From Saccharofermentans sp. (GTDB taxonomy: Bacteria > Bacillota > Clostridia > Saccharofermentanales > Saccharofermentanaceae), in the NCBI GenBank assembly GCA_024685385.1, contig JAIKVV010000018.1, positions 12,422 to 76,421 of the forward strand: 64,000 bases of DNA, in the 5' to 3' direction. The notes under the pieces are model-generated. The model saw only the letters and a program-made list of their open reading frames with translations, ran no database searches and was not told where the DNA came from. Below are positions 48,396 through 57,443 of the stretch, one piece after another; the stretch's first letter is position 1, and the number at the start of each line of letters is the position of its first letter. The translations under genes were made by a program, and so were the position numbers.

Positions 48396-49183
48396 TAATC
48401 TTTTCCTCCATTACTCCGGGGCATCGGCTTTGCAACTGTGACAGGCGCGCCCTTGGGCTGAAGTTTGCTGTCCTGCCTTGCATTGTCCTTGCCGTCTTCT
48501 TTAACGGTCTTCTTGCGTGCCGGGCTCTTTCTCTTTACTGCAGGGATCTTACCGAACACTTCAAGACTCTTCTTCTTCAAGTCTTCTACCCAGGCAGTCT
48601 GCTCTTTGCGCAAGGATTCCTTAAAGTCGACATTATTCCCGGCAAGGATCTGTCTGAATTCTTCAGTCAGGGCAACTCTCAGCAGTTCATCGGGGATCCC
48701 CTCGGCAAGATCGAAGGGCTTCCCGAATCTGTCAAAAGAGACCAGACTCAAAGATTCGAAGATCCTTTTAATATTTTCATGATAGATCTCCTCACTGCAC
48801 CTGATATGCAGAGTAAGCGCAAGACCTGCAAAGTTCAGGTTAACGTAAGGCAGGTTGCGCGTGTAGATCAAGTGGAGACATATAAGCTTCATATACGATT
48901 CAAGGCTCATGCATTCAACATCGCACACAAAAGGTATCTGACCCGGCAATGCAATGTCACAGATATCCGATTTGTCATTTTCGAATCCGTTGGCCCAGAG
49001 GGAATAAAGTTCCCTGTAGACTTCCATCTTGAATCTCTCAAAGTCGCTTGCCAAAGGCTTGGCAAGAACTCTCTCGCCAAGGTTAAAGACATACTGCATA
49101 TATGACACCTCAAGATGAGGCGGGACAGAGAAATATTTGATGTAGGCCGCAATGTCACGGGCATTGAAAATGTATCTTCTCAT
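48395..49183 (-). CDS. Hypothetical protein with a Lys-rich C-terminal tail
   Basis: I prefer the start at ATG 49183 (MRRYIFNARD), 5 nt after GGAG. The longer track ORF would contain the candidate promoter. I recognise no motif. The tail reads KKKSLEVFGKIPAVKRKSPARKKTVKEDGK. Confidence 0.55.
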   Translation of the reverse strand: MRRYIFNARDIAAYIKYFSVPPHLEVSYMQYVFNLGERVLAKPLASDFERFKMEVYRELYSLWANGFENDKSDICDIALPGQIPFVCDVECMSLESYMKLICLHLIYTRNLPYVNLNFAGLALTLHIRCSEEIYHENIKRIFESLSLVSFDRFGKPFDLAEGIPDELLRVALTEEFRQILAGNNVDFKESLRKEQTAWVEDLKKKSLEVFGKIPAVKRKSPARKKTVKEDGKDNARQDSKLQPKGAPVTVAKPMPRSNGGKD

Positions 49184-49232
49184 ATATACTCCAGGCGTGC
49201 GAACATGACTACCGCACGATAATCCAAAGTAG

Positions 49233-49241
49233 ATTATATCA
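49233..49241 (-). promoter_or_regulatory. Extended -10 element (TGATATAAT) upstream of the 48395-49183 gene
   Basis: The minus strand reads TGATATAAT at 49241-49233. I found no good -35 element. Confidence 0.3.
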
Positions 49242-49366
49242 TTCATGGAGAGTATTTTCTTAATTAAATATAAAAACGGTATTTTCACGGTATCTTAGGC
49301 ACAAAAGGCTGATAAAGTGTACAATAATCCTTGAAATAAACCCGAAAACGAAAGAAGGATACTTAA

Positions 49367-50656
49367 ATGCTGTCCCAATACGAGAAAGATTTTCTGAAAA
49401 CACTGATTTCCATAAAAAGTGTCGGCGGAAACGCTGAACCCGGCGCGCCTTACGGCAGAGAACCAAAGCGTGCGCTGGATTATTTCCTGAAGGAAGCAGG
49501 AACCAAAGGCTTCATCACAGGCACGATCAACGATAAAGCCGGCTGGATCGAGATCGGATCCGGCAAGCTCCTCGGTATCGTCTGCCATCTGGATGTAGTT
49601 CCTGAAGGCAGCGGCTGGAATACGGATCCGTTCACTTTGACAGAAGAAGACGGTATCTTAAGAGGACGCGGCATCGTAGATGACAAGGGACCCGCAGCTG
49701 CAAGCTTTTTCGCCCTTAACAGGTTAAAGGATCAGGGTCTTCTTCCCGACTGCAGGATAAGGCTTATCCTCGGAACAGATGAAGAAAGAAGCTGCGATTG
49801 CGTTGAAGAATACGCAAGACATTGCGAGATCCCCGAATTTGCGATCACCCCTGATGCGGAATTCCCGGTTATCTTTGCCGAGAAAGGCATTCTCCAGATA
49901 ATGATCGAAGGATCTGACTGTGACAGGGCTTTTTTTGCCGAAGCAGGCTCGGCTCCCAACATGGTACCCGCTAAAGCTATAATCAGGAACGATAAAGGAT
50001 TAAATATCGAAGCCGACGGAATACCGGCCCATGCATCAAAGCCTGAATTGGGCAAGAATGCGATCTTCGAAGCAATCATGAAGATGCCTGCCGCCGATCT
50101 GGAAAGATCCCTCCTGCTTAAATTCCTGTCATCTTATCTCCCTGATTTTGATGCGGAAGACTTTACAGGATGTCATATCATAGACCTTTCAGGCAAAGTT
50201 ACATGCAATCCGGCGATCCTGTCCATAGATAACGGATATGAATCCCTGATCGCAGACATAAGATACCCTGCCACATATCCCCTTGATAAGATCATGGACC
50301 ATATCGGCAGCAAGGCCTCGGCATATGGTCTTAAGGTTTCTGTTTGCAACCATATGAAACCCCTCATAAAGGATAAGGACGATAAGCGCGTTTCCCTGCT
50401 GACAGATGTCTGGAAAGAGAATATGCAGCTATATGACGGATTCAAGGAAGAATACCGCAAGATCTATTCTGAACCCGTAGCAATCGGCGGGGGCACCTAC
50501 GCAAGGCATATATCGAACACGATCGCATTCGGGCTTCAGTCTCCCTGGTCTAAAGATCAGTGCCACCAGGCAAACGAATCAAGAAGTATCAAGGACTTTG
50601 AAACAGACATCAAGGTCCTGTCGGAAGCGATAATAAAATTGGGGCAGTCATTGTGA
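49367..50656 (+). CDS. M20-family dipeptidase (PepV/Sapep-like)
   Basis: 429 aa. Motifs HLDVVPEG..GW..DPF and GRGIVDDKGP; overall PepV-like length. Confidence 0.8.
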   Translation: MLSQYEKDFLKTLISIKSVGGNAEPGAPYGREPKRALDYFLKEAGTKGFITGTINDKAGWIEIGSGKLLGIVCHLDVVPEGSGWNTDPFTLTEEDGILRGRGIVDDKGPAAASFFALNRLKDQGLLPDCRIRLILGTDEERSCDCVEEYARHCEIPEFAITPDAEFPVIFAEKGILQIMIEGSDCDRAFFAEAGSAPNMVPAKAIIRNDKGLNIEADGIPAHASKPELGKNAIFEAIMKMPAADLERSLLLKFLSSYLPDFDAEDFTGCHIIDLSGKVTCNPAILSIDNGYESLIADIRYPATYPLDKIMDHIGSKASAYGLKVSVCNHMKPLIKDKDDKRVSLLTDVWKENMQLYDGFKEEYRKIYSEPVAIGGGTYARHISNTIAFGLQSPWSKDQCHQANESRSIKDFETDIKVLSEAIIKLGQSL

Positions 50657-50665
50657 CCGCCCCAA
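50639..50665 (-). terminator. Possible terminator for the NlpC/P60 gene, overlapping the dipeptidase 3' end
   Basis: TTGGGGC (50639-50645) pairs with GCCCCAA (50659-50665) across a 13-nt loop. In the minus orientation it is followed by TTTTATTAT. Confidence 0.35.
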
Positions 50666-50690
50666 AATGAGTATCATTTTTCAAAAGTAA

Positions 50691-52022
50691 TCAAACAAGT
50701 CTTCTGATCGTGGCTATGCCGCTCATTCCGGACAAGGAAGATGCCCTGACGCAGCCGCGGGTCTCGGAAGCATGAACTACAACTCCGCCGCCAACATAGA
50801 TGCCTACATGGTCGATCCTGCCGTCTCTGTTGTAATCGAAGCAGACTATGTCAGCCGTCTTGATATTCTCTATGGATATTTCCTTGCCCATCTGAGATTG
50901 TGAATGAGCACTGTGAGGAAGATCCAGACCATACCATTTTCCGAAACAATATTTTGTCAGACCCGAGCAGTCAACCTTATCGATGGCACAGGCGGCAAAT
51001 ACGTATTTAACGCCGATAAAGCTCTTAACATAGTCAGCAAAATTAGAATAATCGCTCTTGTTTCCGCCTGTAACTTTAGTTGAATTTCCGTTGCCTTGAT
51101 CAGAAGGTTTATCCGTAGGAGTAGCCTGAGGTTTATCCTCGCTTGTAAGATCAGCCCTGAGATAATAGCCTTCATTTGTCTTATACCAGCCATTGGAAGT
51201 CTTGGCAACAACCTTCACTTCTTCACCCTTGGAAAGGAGCCTGACTCTGTCATATTCAGTACCGGGACCCTTTCTTAAATTAACGGCATCAGTGGTATAA
51301 ACCGTCTTCTTGCACTTGTCTTCGCTTACGCCATTTTGGTTGCCTGAACCGGCCTTGGTAGGTTCTGCAACTTTGGTTGCAGTGGGTGTCGGGGTAGCAG
51401 TTGCAGTTGCAACAGGCTTTGTATTACCCTTGTTTTTGGGTGTAGGAGAAGCAGTTGCTTTTGCATCTTTAGTTGCTTTTGTCGGTGTAGGGCTTGTTGT
51501 CGGCGTAGGCGTGCCGTCTGAAGGTTCGTCTGACAGTGCCGACTTCTTCATGTAGCCCCTCTCACCTTCCGATGTCTTAACATAAGCAATTTCTTCATCA
51601 GATGATATTACGATGACTACATCATTTGCCTTAAGTCTTTCCAGTTCTTCAGACAGCTCATAGTCCGAATAAAGGACTGCTTTCTTCTTATCAACCAGAT
51701 ATCTGTTCCCATCGTAAGTGAGACTTTCAACTTCAGCCGATTCCTTGATGTTCTCAAGAACAAAATCAACATCATCGGCTACATATGTGTAATCATCTAT
51801 ATTGAATCTCTGAACCTGGTTTTCGATCGCAACATAGCCTAAGCGGGAAGATGATCTTTCGGCCTGGTAACCGGCAGGGATCTGCAGGCTGACTGAATCA
51901 GTCGCGCCGCAATTACTGACGACAAGAGTCGATACCGTAATGGCACAACCCAAGACAAGTGTTACGATCTTAACAGGTCTTGAATATCTGATGATCTTAT
52001 CGAGACTGTCATTGCCTTGCAT
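50691..52022 (-). CDS. Secreted SH3b-domain NlpC/P60 cell-wall peptidase
   Basis: 443 aa. N-terminal transmembrane or signal segment, a Thr/Pro-rich linker (TPTPTTSPTPTKAT...), SH3-like segments, and a C-terminal NlpC/P60 core (DCSGLTKYCF...IDHVGIYVGGGVVVHA). Confidence 0.8.
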   Translation of the reverse strand: MQGNDSLDKIIRYSRPVKIVTLVLGCAITVSTLVVSNCGATDSVSLQIPAGYQAERSSSRLGYVAIENQVQRFNIDDYTYVADDVDFVLENIKESAEVESLTYDGNRYLVDKKKAVLYSDYELSEELERLKANDVVIVISSDEEIAYVKTSEGERGYMKKSALSDEPSDGTPTPTTSPTPTKATKDAKATASPTPKNKGNTKPVATATATPTPTATKVAEPTKAGSGNQNGVSEDKCKKTVYTTDAVNLRKGPGTEYDRVRLLSKGEEVKVVAKTSNGWYKTNEGYYLRADLTSEDKPQATPTDKPSDQGNGNSTKVTGGNKSDYSNFADYVKSFIGVKYVFAACAIDKVDCSGLTKYCFGKWYGLDLPHSAHSQSQMGKEISIENIKTADIVCFDYNRDGRIDHVGIYVGGGVVVHASETRGCVRASSLSGMSGIATIRRLV

Positions 52023-52118
52023 AAATCAATCCTCTCCTTTCATGGCTATTATCTCCTAGATTTTACCATGCAGAGAGGGCTATAAACCCGTTTTGAAGCA
52101 CTTTGTAACCGAATGGTC

Positions 52119-53876
52119 TTATTTCTTCATACTTCTTCTAGAATAAGAAGTAGTCTCAAAAGAATCGTATAGTTCGCTTATTTCTTTCCTCATGGACAGG
52201 AAAATCCTGCCAAGTCTCGGGTCAAAATGAGAACCCAGATCCTTCTTTATGATGTCGAAAGCCTCATCATATGTCATATGTGCTTTGTAATATCTTGCGC
52301 TTGCCAGAGCATCAAATACATCGGGAAGAGCCATAATGCGGGCCTCAAACGGTATCTCTTCACCGGACAGATGATCCGGATAACCGCTTCCGTCATATTT
52401 CTCGTGGTGATAGTGCGCTATGTTGGTCGCGATCTTAACATATTCCCTGTCATCGACATCGGCAAGGACGGATCTCAAGAGTTTGGCGCCTTCCGCCGCA
52501 TGTGTCTTCATCTCGGCATATTCTTCATCATTAAGGCTTTCAGGCTTCTTTAAGATCCTGTCATCAACCATTATCTTGCCGAGATCATGGAGAGGTGCTG
52601 CATTGATCACATTGTCCCAATAATATTCAGGATAGTTATATCCGGGATTCTTGCGGAGATTGTCAACAAACAATGCCATGCAGGCAGATGTTCTGTTGAT
52701 GTGACCGCCTGTTGAGTTGTCACGGCTCTCGATCATGGCTGCCATTCCGAGGATGATCGATGTCTGCATATTCTTGGCCTTTGCAATGGCATTATCTGCT
52801 TCCCTCTTGTATCTCATGCCGCTGAAGTTGAGCTTTTCGATAACATCATGCTGGGTAGTGTTGTCCGTTATCTCGATAAGGTAACCTATTACGCTCTTCC
52901 TGAAGTTTGAATGGAGGAAACTCATCTCGACATGAAGGAATTTTCGAAGTTCGGAAATACCGTCATTCATCGCAAGATCACGCTCATACTTGCTTCCATA
53001 GTGCTCTTCACCCTTCTTGGCATTTTCGATGAGCCAGCTGAACAGGACTTGCGAAGCATAGGTTGAAGGATTGAACGGACTGTCGATCTTAACATTTGCA
53101 AGTTCCGGGAAGAAATCGAGCGCCGGCTTATTGCATCCGATGAACCTCAGATCTTTGTCAAATACTATGTATGCATAATTGCTCAATTCCTGGATCTTTT
53201 CACCGACGGAAAGGGATACATCATAGAAGCCCAGATTCTCCGATACGACAACGAGCATTCCCGCTGCAATGAGGTATATGAAAGGAAGTATAAACGACTT
53301 CAGATTAAGCAGATATTCAAGCCCGTATCCCAAAACGCCGAAGAAGAGCACGACTACATAAGGGAACATGGCCTTGGTGGAAACGGCTTTCTTGGACTTG
53401 CGCGAACTGAAGAAGAAAACAAGGCAAAGGATCAGTTCAATGGCAAGGATAACGAGCCTGACGGGATAGAGTATTCCGTGTTTTGCTGAAATATATGCCG
53501 AAATGCCGTAGCGGAGTTCAATATCCTGATAATAGAATCCGGTAAATTCGGTGGTCGCTATAAGGACATATATGACGACATTGATGAATGAGATGAAATA
53601 TATGAACCACTTGGGGATCTTGATCTTGGAGAATGCAGCCAGCATGAACATCAATATCATGGGGATGAACACGCCGCCGGCATAGGAGACGGTATTTGCA
53701 AAGAGAGCGGATTCAACATTGCTTGTCGTGGAAAGCATGAAAAAGCCGAGATTGCTGAATGTGAGGACAACAGAGAGCAAAACCTGATGAACATTACTAT
53801 GGCGCGATATAATAACAAGCGCGAACGTGCAAGCCAGGCTCAATATGAAATTGACACACAATACAATCGTAGACAT
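52119..53876 (-). CDS. 7TM-sensor HD-GYP domain phosphodiesterase
   Basis: 585 aa. About 7 N-terminal transmembrane helices (HisKA_7TM-like). The C-terminal HD-GYP domain has HDLGK and HHEKYDGSGYP. Confidence 0.8.
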   Translation of the reverse strand: MSTIVLCVNFILSLACTFALVIISRHSNVHQVLLSVVLTFSNLGFFMLSTTSNVESALFANTVSYAGGVFIPMILMFMLAAFSKIKIPKWFIYFISFINVVIYVLIATTEFTGFYYQDIELRYGISAYISAKHGILYPVRLVILAIELILCLVFFFSSRKSKKAVSTKAMFPYVVVLFFGVLGYGLEYLLNLKSFILPFIYLIAAGMLVVVSENLGFYDVSLSVGEKIQELSNYAYIVFDKDLRFIGCNKPALDFFPELANVKIDSPFNPSTYASQVLFSWLIENAKKGEEHYGSKYERDLAMNDGISELRKFLHVEMSFLHSNFRKSVIGYLIEITDNTTQHDVIEKLNFSGMRYKREADNAIAKAKNMQTSIILGMAAMIESRDNSTGGHINRTSACMALFVDNLRKNPGYNYPEYYWDNVINAAPLHDLGKIMVDDRILKKPESLNDEEYAEMKTHAAEGAKLLRSVLADVDDREYVKIATNIAHYHHEKYDGSGYPDHLSGEEIPFEARIMALPDVFDALASARYYKAHMTYDEAFDIIKKDLGSHFDPRLGRIFLSMRKEISELYDSFETTSYSRRSMKK

Positions 53877-54007
53877 ATTGCCTCTCCTTTGCCCTACTAT
53901 GTATTTTAACTCATATAGAACGAAAAGACTATCAGTGATTTAAGTGTTACAATAACTAAAAGAAAGCGTCCCTTATTAGGTCATTCACACAGGAACGAGG
54001 TTATAAA

Positions 54008-55000
54008 ATGACAAGAGATGATGTTCTCGGCATCCTTGGCAGCAATGATGATTATGTTTCAGGACAAATGATCAGCGAACAGCTGGGCTTAAGCCGCGCT
54101 GCAGTCAATCTTGCAGTAAGGAGCCTTCGCGACGAAGGCTACGAGATCGAATCCAAGACCCGGCTCGGGTACAGGCTGCTTTCTTCCCCCGACGCTCTGT
54201 CTTACGGGGAACTGGCCCAATACATAGACCGGGATCGCTTAAAGACCGTTACGGTCCTTGATCACGTTGACTCCACGAACAATAAGCTTAAAACCATGGA
54301 ACATGAAGGCGCTCCATCCGGAAGCATAGTCATCGCCGATTACCAGGAATCGGGCAAAGGCCGCAGAGGCCGTTCCTTTGTTTCCCCAAAAGGCTCCGGG
54401 ATCTATCTTTCATACCTTCTCAGACCTGAATGCACAGCCGATGAAATCTCCCAACTTACGGCATTCACGGCCGTTGCCGTCTCAAGAAGCCTTGAAAAAG
54501 CCTGCGGGATCGAACCGCAGATCAAATGGGTAAACGATATCCTGGTGAACGGAAGAAAGCTCGTAGGAATACTTACCGAGCTGTCAGTCGAAAGCGAAAG
54601 CGGCTCGATCACCGGATGCGTTATCGGCATCGGCATCAATGTCAATCTGGATCTTGAAGACTTCCCGCAGGATCTGAGGTCAAAGGCAACCTCTTTGTCC
54701 CTTGTCAAAAACGGACCCGTTAAACGGGCTCCGGTCATCAAAGAACTGATATCCGAACTGGATAAACTTGAGGATAACTTCCCTGCAGCAAAAGAGGAAT
54801 ATCTCGATTACTACAGAATGCACTGCCCCATCCCGGGCAAAAAGATAAATGTCTATAAGATCATAGGCAAGGACCCGGTCACGGCCGAAGCCCTTGAGAT
54901 AACTGACGATTTTTCCCTCAAGGTCAGTTATGAAAACGGTACGGTCGAAGATCTCCGTTCAGGCGAAGTCACGATCAGGGGAACCGAAGGTTATATCTGA
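54008..55000 (+). CDS. birA: Bifunctional biotin--[acetyl-CoA-carboxylase] ligase / transcriptional repressor BirA
   Basis: 330 aa. N-terminal winged HTH, GKGRRGRSF biotin-binding loop, KWVNDI. Confidence 0.9.
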   Translation: MTRDDVLGILGSNDDYVSGQMISEQLGLSRAAVNLAVRSLRDEGYEIESKTRLGYRLLSSPDALSYGELAQYIDRDRLKTVTVLDHVDSTNNKLKTMEHEGAPSGSIVIADYQESGKGRRGRSFVSPKGSGIYLSYLLRPECTADEISQLTAFTAVAVSRSLEKACGIEPQIKWVNDILVNGRKLVGILTELSVESESGSITGCVIGIGINVNLDLEDFPQDLRSKATSLSLVKNGPVKRAPVIKELISELDKLEDNFPAAKEEYLDYYRMHCPIPGKKINVYKIIGKDPVTAEALEITDDFSLKVSYENGTVEDLRSGEVTIRGTEGYI

Positions 55001-55006
55001 GTCACA

Positions 55007-55699
55007 CTATTTGCACACGATCAGATCCTTGATCATGTTGTATTTGGCTTGTCCGATGCCTGATACGTTGCAGATGTCTTTAACCGACTTGAAAGGATGC
55101 TCTTCCCTGTAACTGATGATCTGGGATGCCAGCACCTCGCCTATTCCGGGCAATGTCATCAATTCTTCTTTGCCGGCAGTATTGATATTGACTGTTCCCC
55201 GGGCTGCCGAAGGATCTCCGCCGGTATTATCCCAGGAATTTTTGCCTGCAATTCTTATGATGCCGCTGTCATCGGAATATCCAGAGAGGCATTCTTCTTC
55301 AGTCGGGATATAGACTGACATATTGGACGAGATTATATATACAAGGTTTATCCTGTCTGAGGCGGCAGCTGCTGTCATTCCCCCTGCCCTTCTGATCACG
55401 TCATCCAAGATCACACCCGGAACGAATCTGTAGACACCCGGAGAATTAACCTGACCGCATATATACACATCGATAGCCTCAGGTTCAGTTGTTTCGTCCG
55501 TACCTGAAGTCTCCGGAACTGCTGTTTCTGTCTCCAAACTTTTCCCGGACGCGGATATTCCGGATGCTGCTGAAGACTTCACGAAGCCTGACATATCCCC
55601 GTCGAAAAACATCTTATAGAGGAATGCTGCCGCCGTCACCAAAACAAAAGCCGTAAGATATATCATCATCTTACGGCGGTCTTTCTTCTTGATAGCCAT
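55007..55699 (-). CDS. comEA: ComEA-family DNA-binding competence protein
   Basis: 230 aa. N-terminal transmembrane helix, SLBB-like VYICGQVNSPGVY, and a C-terminal tandem helix-hairpin-helix (NINTAGKEELMTLPGIGEVLA...VSGIGQAKY). Confidence 0.85.
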   Translation of the reverse strand: MAIKKKDRRKMMIYLTAFVLVTAAAFLYKMFFDGDMSGFVKSSAASGISASGKSLETETAVPETSGTDETTEPEAIDVYICGQVNSPGVYRFVPGVILDDVIRRAGGMTAAAASDRINLVYIISSNMSVYIPTEEECLSGYSDDSGIIRIAGKNSWDNTGGDPSAARGTVNINTAGKEELMTLPGIGEVLASQIISYREEHPFKSVKDICNVSGIGQAKYNMIKDLIVCK

Positions 55700-55755
55700 A
55701 CCCTGATCCTCCCTCTTACTTGATGTGTTACAAGTGTATCAGAGAAAAGGGGGCA

Positions 55756-55787
55756 AAAATCTCACAAAATCTCACAAAATCTCACAA
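55756..55787. repeat. Three perfect tandem copies of the 10-mer AAAATCTCAC, upstream of comEA
   Basis: The copies occupy 55756-55765, 55766-55775 and 55776-55785, followed by AATTTTT. They lie 57-88 nt upstream of the comEA ATG. In the comEA sense the sequence reads TTGTGAGATTTTGTGAGATTTTGTGAGATTTTTGCC. Confidence 0.85.
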
Positions 55788-55817
55788 TTTTTCCGTTTTC
55801 GGAAAAAGGCGGAAAAC

Positions 55818-56159
55818 TCAAGCTTCCAGGGGCTTTTTGGTGCTCCAGAGGTTCTCGAGGTTGTAGGTTGCTCTTTCTTCCGGATGGAAAACATTGACTA
55901 CGACATCCTTATAGTCGATAAGGATCCAGCGGTCACCGCTCCTGCCTTCGACATGGTCAGGATAGAGTCCTTCTTCCTCCTTAAGGATATATTGAACTTC
56001 CTCGGCAAGCGACTTGATATGCGTGGTCGAATTACCGCTGACGATTACGAAATAATCGGCAAGGGTCGTCTTATCCTCGACGTTGATCACTTCGATATCC
56101 ACACCCTTCTTGCTCTCGAGGATGGAAACTGCCTTATCTGCAAGTTCTCTGCTTGTCAT
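55818..56159 (-). CDS. rsfS: Ribosome silencing factor RsfS
   Basis: 113 aa. Motifs ADYFVIVSGNS and WILIDYKDVVVNVF. Confidence 0.9.
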   Translation of the reverse strand: MTSRELADKAVSILESKKGVDIEVINVEDKTTLADYFVIVSGNSTTHIKSLAEEVQYILKEEEGLYPDHVEGRSGDRWILIDYKDVVVNVFHPEERATYNLENLWSTKKPLEA

Positions 56160-56209
56160 ATATCTTGCTGACTCCTTTTCGAAAAGTTATATTTTCATAC
56201 TACCATAAA

Positions 56210-57439
56210 TCATTTCATTCCCAAAGACTTCATGAAATCTTCTGTCAGGGGATGAAGCGGACGGTTCTTCCTTTTGAATTTATCGACAACGGATTCCAGG
56301 CAGAGCCTTGCCGCGCCGTCAAGATCAGTGGGAGCTATCTTGCGCATCAGACTAAGATCCGTATAGGTCCTCGAAGGTTCTATCTTATCGGCAAGGAAAA
56401 CGATCTCATCAAGAAGCGTCATATTGCCCCTACCGGTCGTATGATATGTAATTGCATCCAGTATCTCAGGATCTTCCTCTCCGAATACTTTGCCATAAAA
56501 GACTGCGCCTGCAGGAGAATGAAGGAGTTTTTCCTCGGTGAAAAGGTCACCGCATCTTTCCTTTGCCATGATCATCTGATCTTCAAGAGGAAGCTCCTTT
56601 GCGCAATCGTGAACCGCGCCTGCGATCAGGGCTTTATCAACATCCGCGCAATGACACTTGGCAAGATATGCCGCAAGAAGGCCTGTATTTAAAGTATGCA
56701 AGAGCCTCTTTCGGCCAAGTTCTGAAAACATCCATATTCCGGCATCAGTAAATCTTACACAGGCTTCCTCAGATGCATCGTAAAGGATCTTTAAGGCTTC
56801 ATAAAGATTATGCTCAGTTATGAAGTCTATTGCCGCATCAGGGACCTTTTCAAGATTGCCGCCGTTTCTTATGTCAGTCGAACTTATCTCCACGCCGTCG
56901 ATATCGAAAAGAGTGATCCTTACATCTGCACCGGTCTTGTCGTGAGTCTCTTTTACGACCTTTTCAACATCACAGTCATCACCGGGACGGAGAGCCACAA
57001 GAAAACCGATCTTTGAAATGAGTGACTTTGCATTATGCCAGGACCACAAGGTCTCAAGGCAGTCGCTCCCGGCGATCCAAAAGAATCTATGGTCTTCTTT
57101 GGCAATACCTGAATCTATTCCCTGCTCTTCAAGGAAAGATGAGATGTAAGATTCATCAGTGATCTTATCGACAACGGTATCAGTATAACTTACGCCCTTG
57201 ATCCCGAACTCGATGTCGGAAAGATATACTTTTTCAGGGAAAAGATCGTCTATGACGTCTTTCACCATGTAATATCTGTAAGGAGCGCATGTCAGGGCTT
57301 TGCCGGGCTTAAAAGGATTCCTTGCAGAGGGGATCACTATGACCATGTCCACTGCGCCTGAATCAAGAGCGCCCCTGATCATGGCAACATGCCCCTTATG
57401 TATCGGATCAAATGCTCCCCCGTAAAGTCCTATCTTCAT
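56210..57439 (-). CDS. nadD: Nicotinate-nucleotide adenylyltransferase NadD fused to a YqeK-type HD phosphohydrolase
   Basis: 409 aa. The N-terminal half has GLYGGAFDPIHKGH. The C-terminal half has an HD-domain pattern (RLLHTLNTG...AVHDCAKE...YHTTG), as in YqeK. Confidence 0.85.
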   Translation of the reverse strand: MKIGLYGGAFDPIHKGHVAMIRGALDSGAVDMVIVIPSARNPFKPGKALTCAPYRYYMVKDVIDDLFPEKVYLSDIEFGIKGVSYTDTVVDKITDESYISSFLEEQGIDSGIAKEDHRFFWIAGSDCLETLWSWHNAKSLISKIGFLVALRPGDDCDVEKVVKETHDKTGADVRITLFDIDGVEISSTDIRNGGNLEKVPDAAIDFITEHNLYEALKILYDASEEACVRFTDAGIWMFSELGRKRLLHTLNTGLLAAYLAKCHCADVDKALIAGAVHDCAKELPLEDQMIMAKERCGDLFTEEKLLHSPAGAVFYGKVFGEEDPEILDAITYHTTGRGNMTLLDEIVFLADKIEPSRTYTDLSLMRKIAPTDLDGAARLCLESVVDKFKRKNRPLHPLTEDFMKSLGMK

Positions 57440-57443
57440 GAGA

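Noticed and set aside
51310-51555. 81-aa Gly/Val-rich plus-strand ORF
   Set aside because: It is the antisense reading of the Thr/Pro-rich linker of the NlpC/P60 gene, a low-complexity artefact.
53877-54007. BirA operator (bioO-like palindrome) upstream of birA
   Set aside because: Only a lone TGTTACA-like half-site is visible around 53946. No inverted partner lies at a plausible spacing, and no bio genes are nearby.
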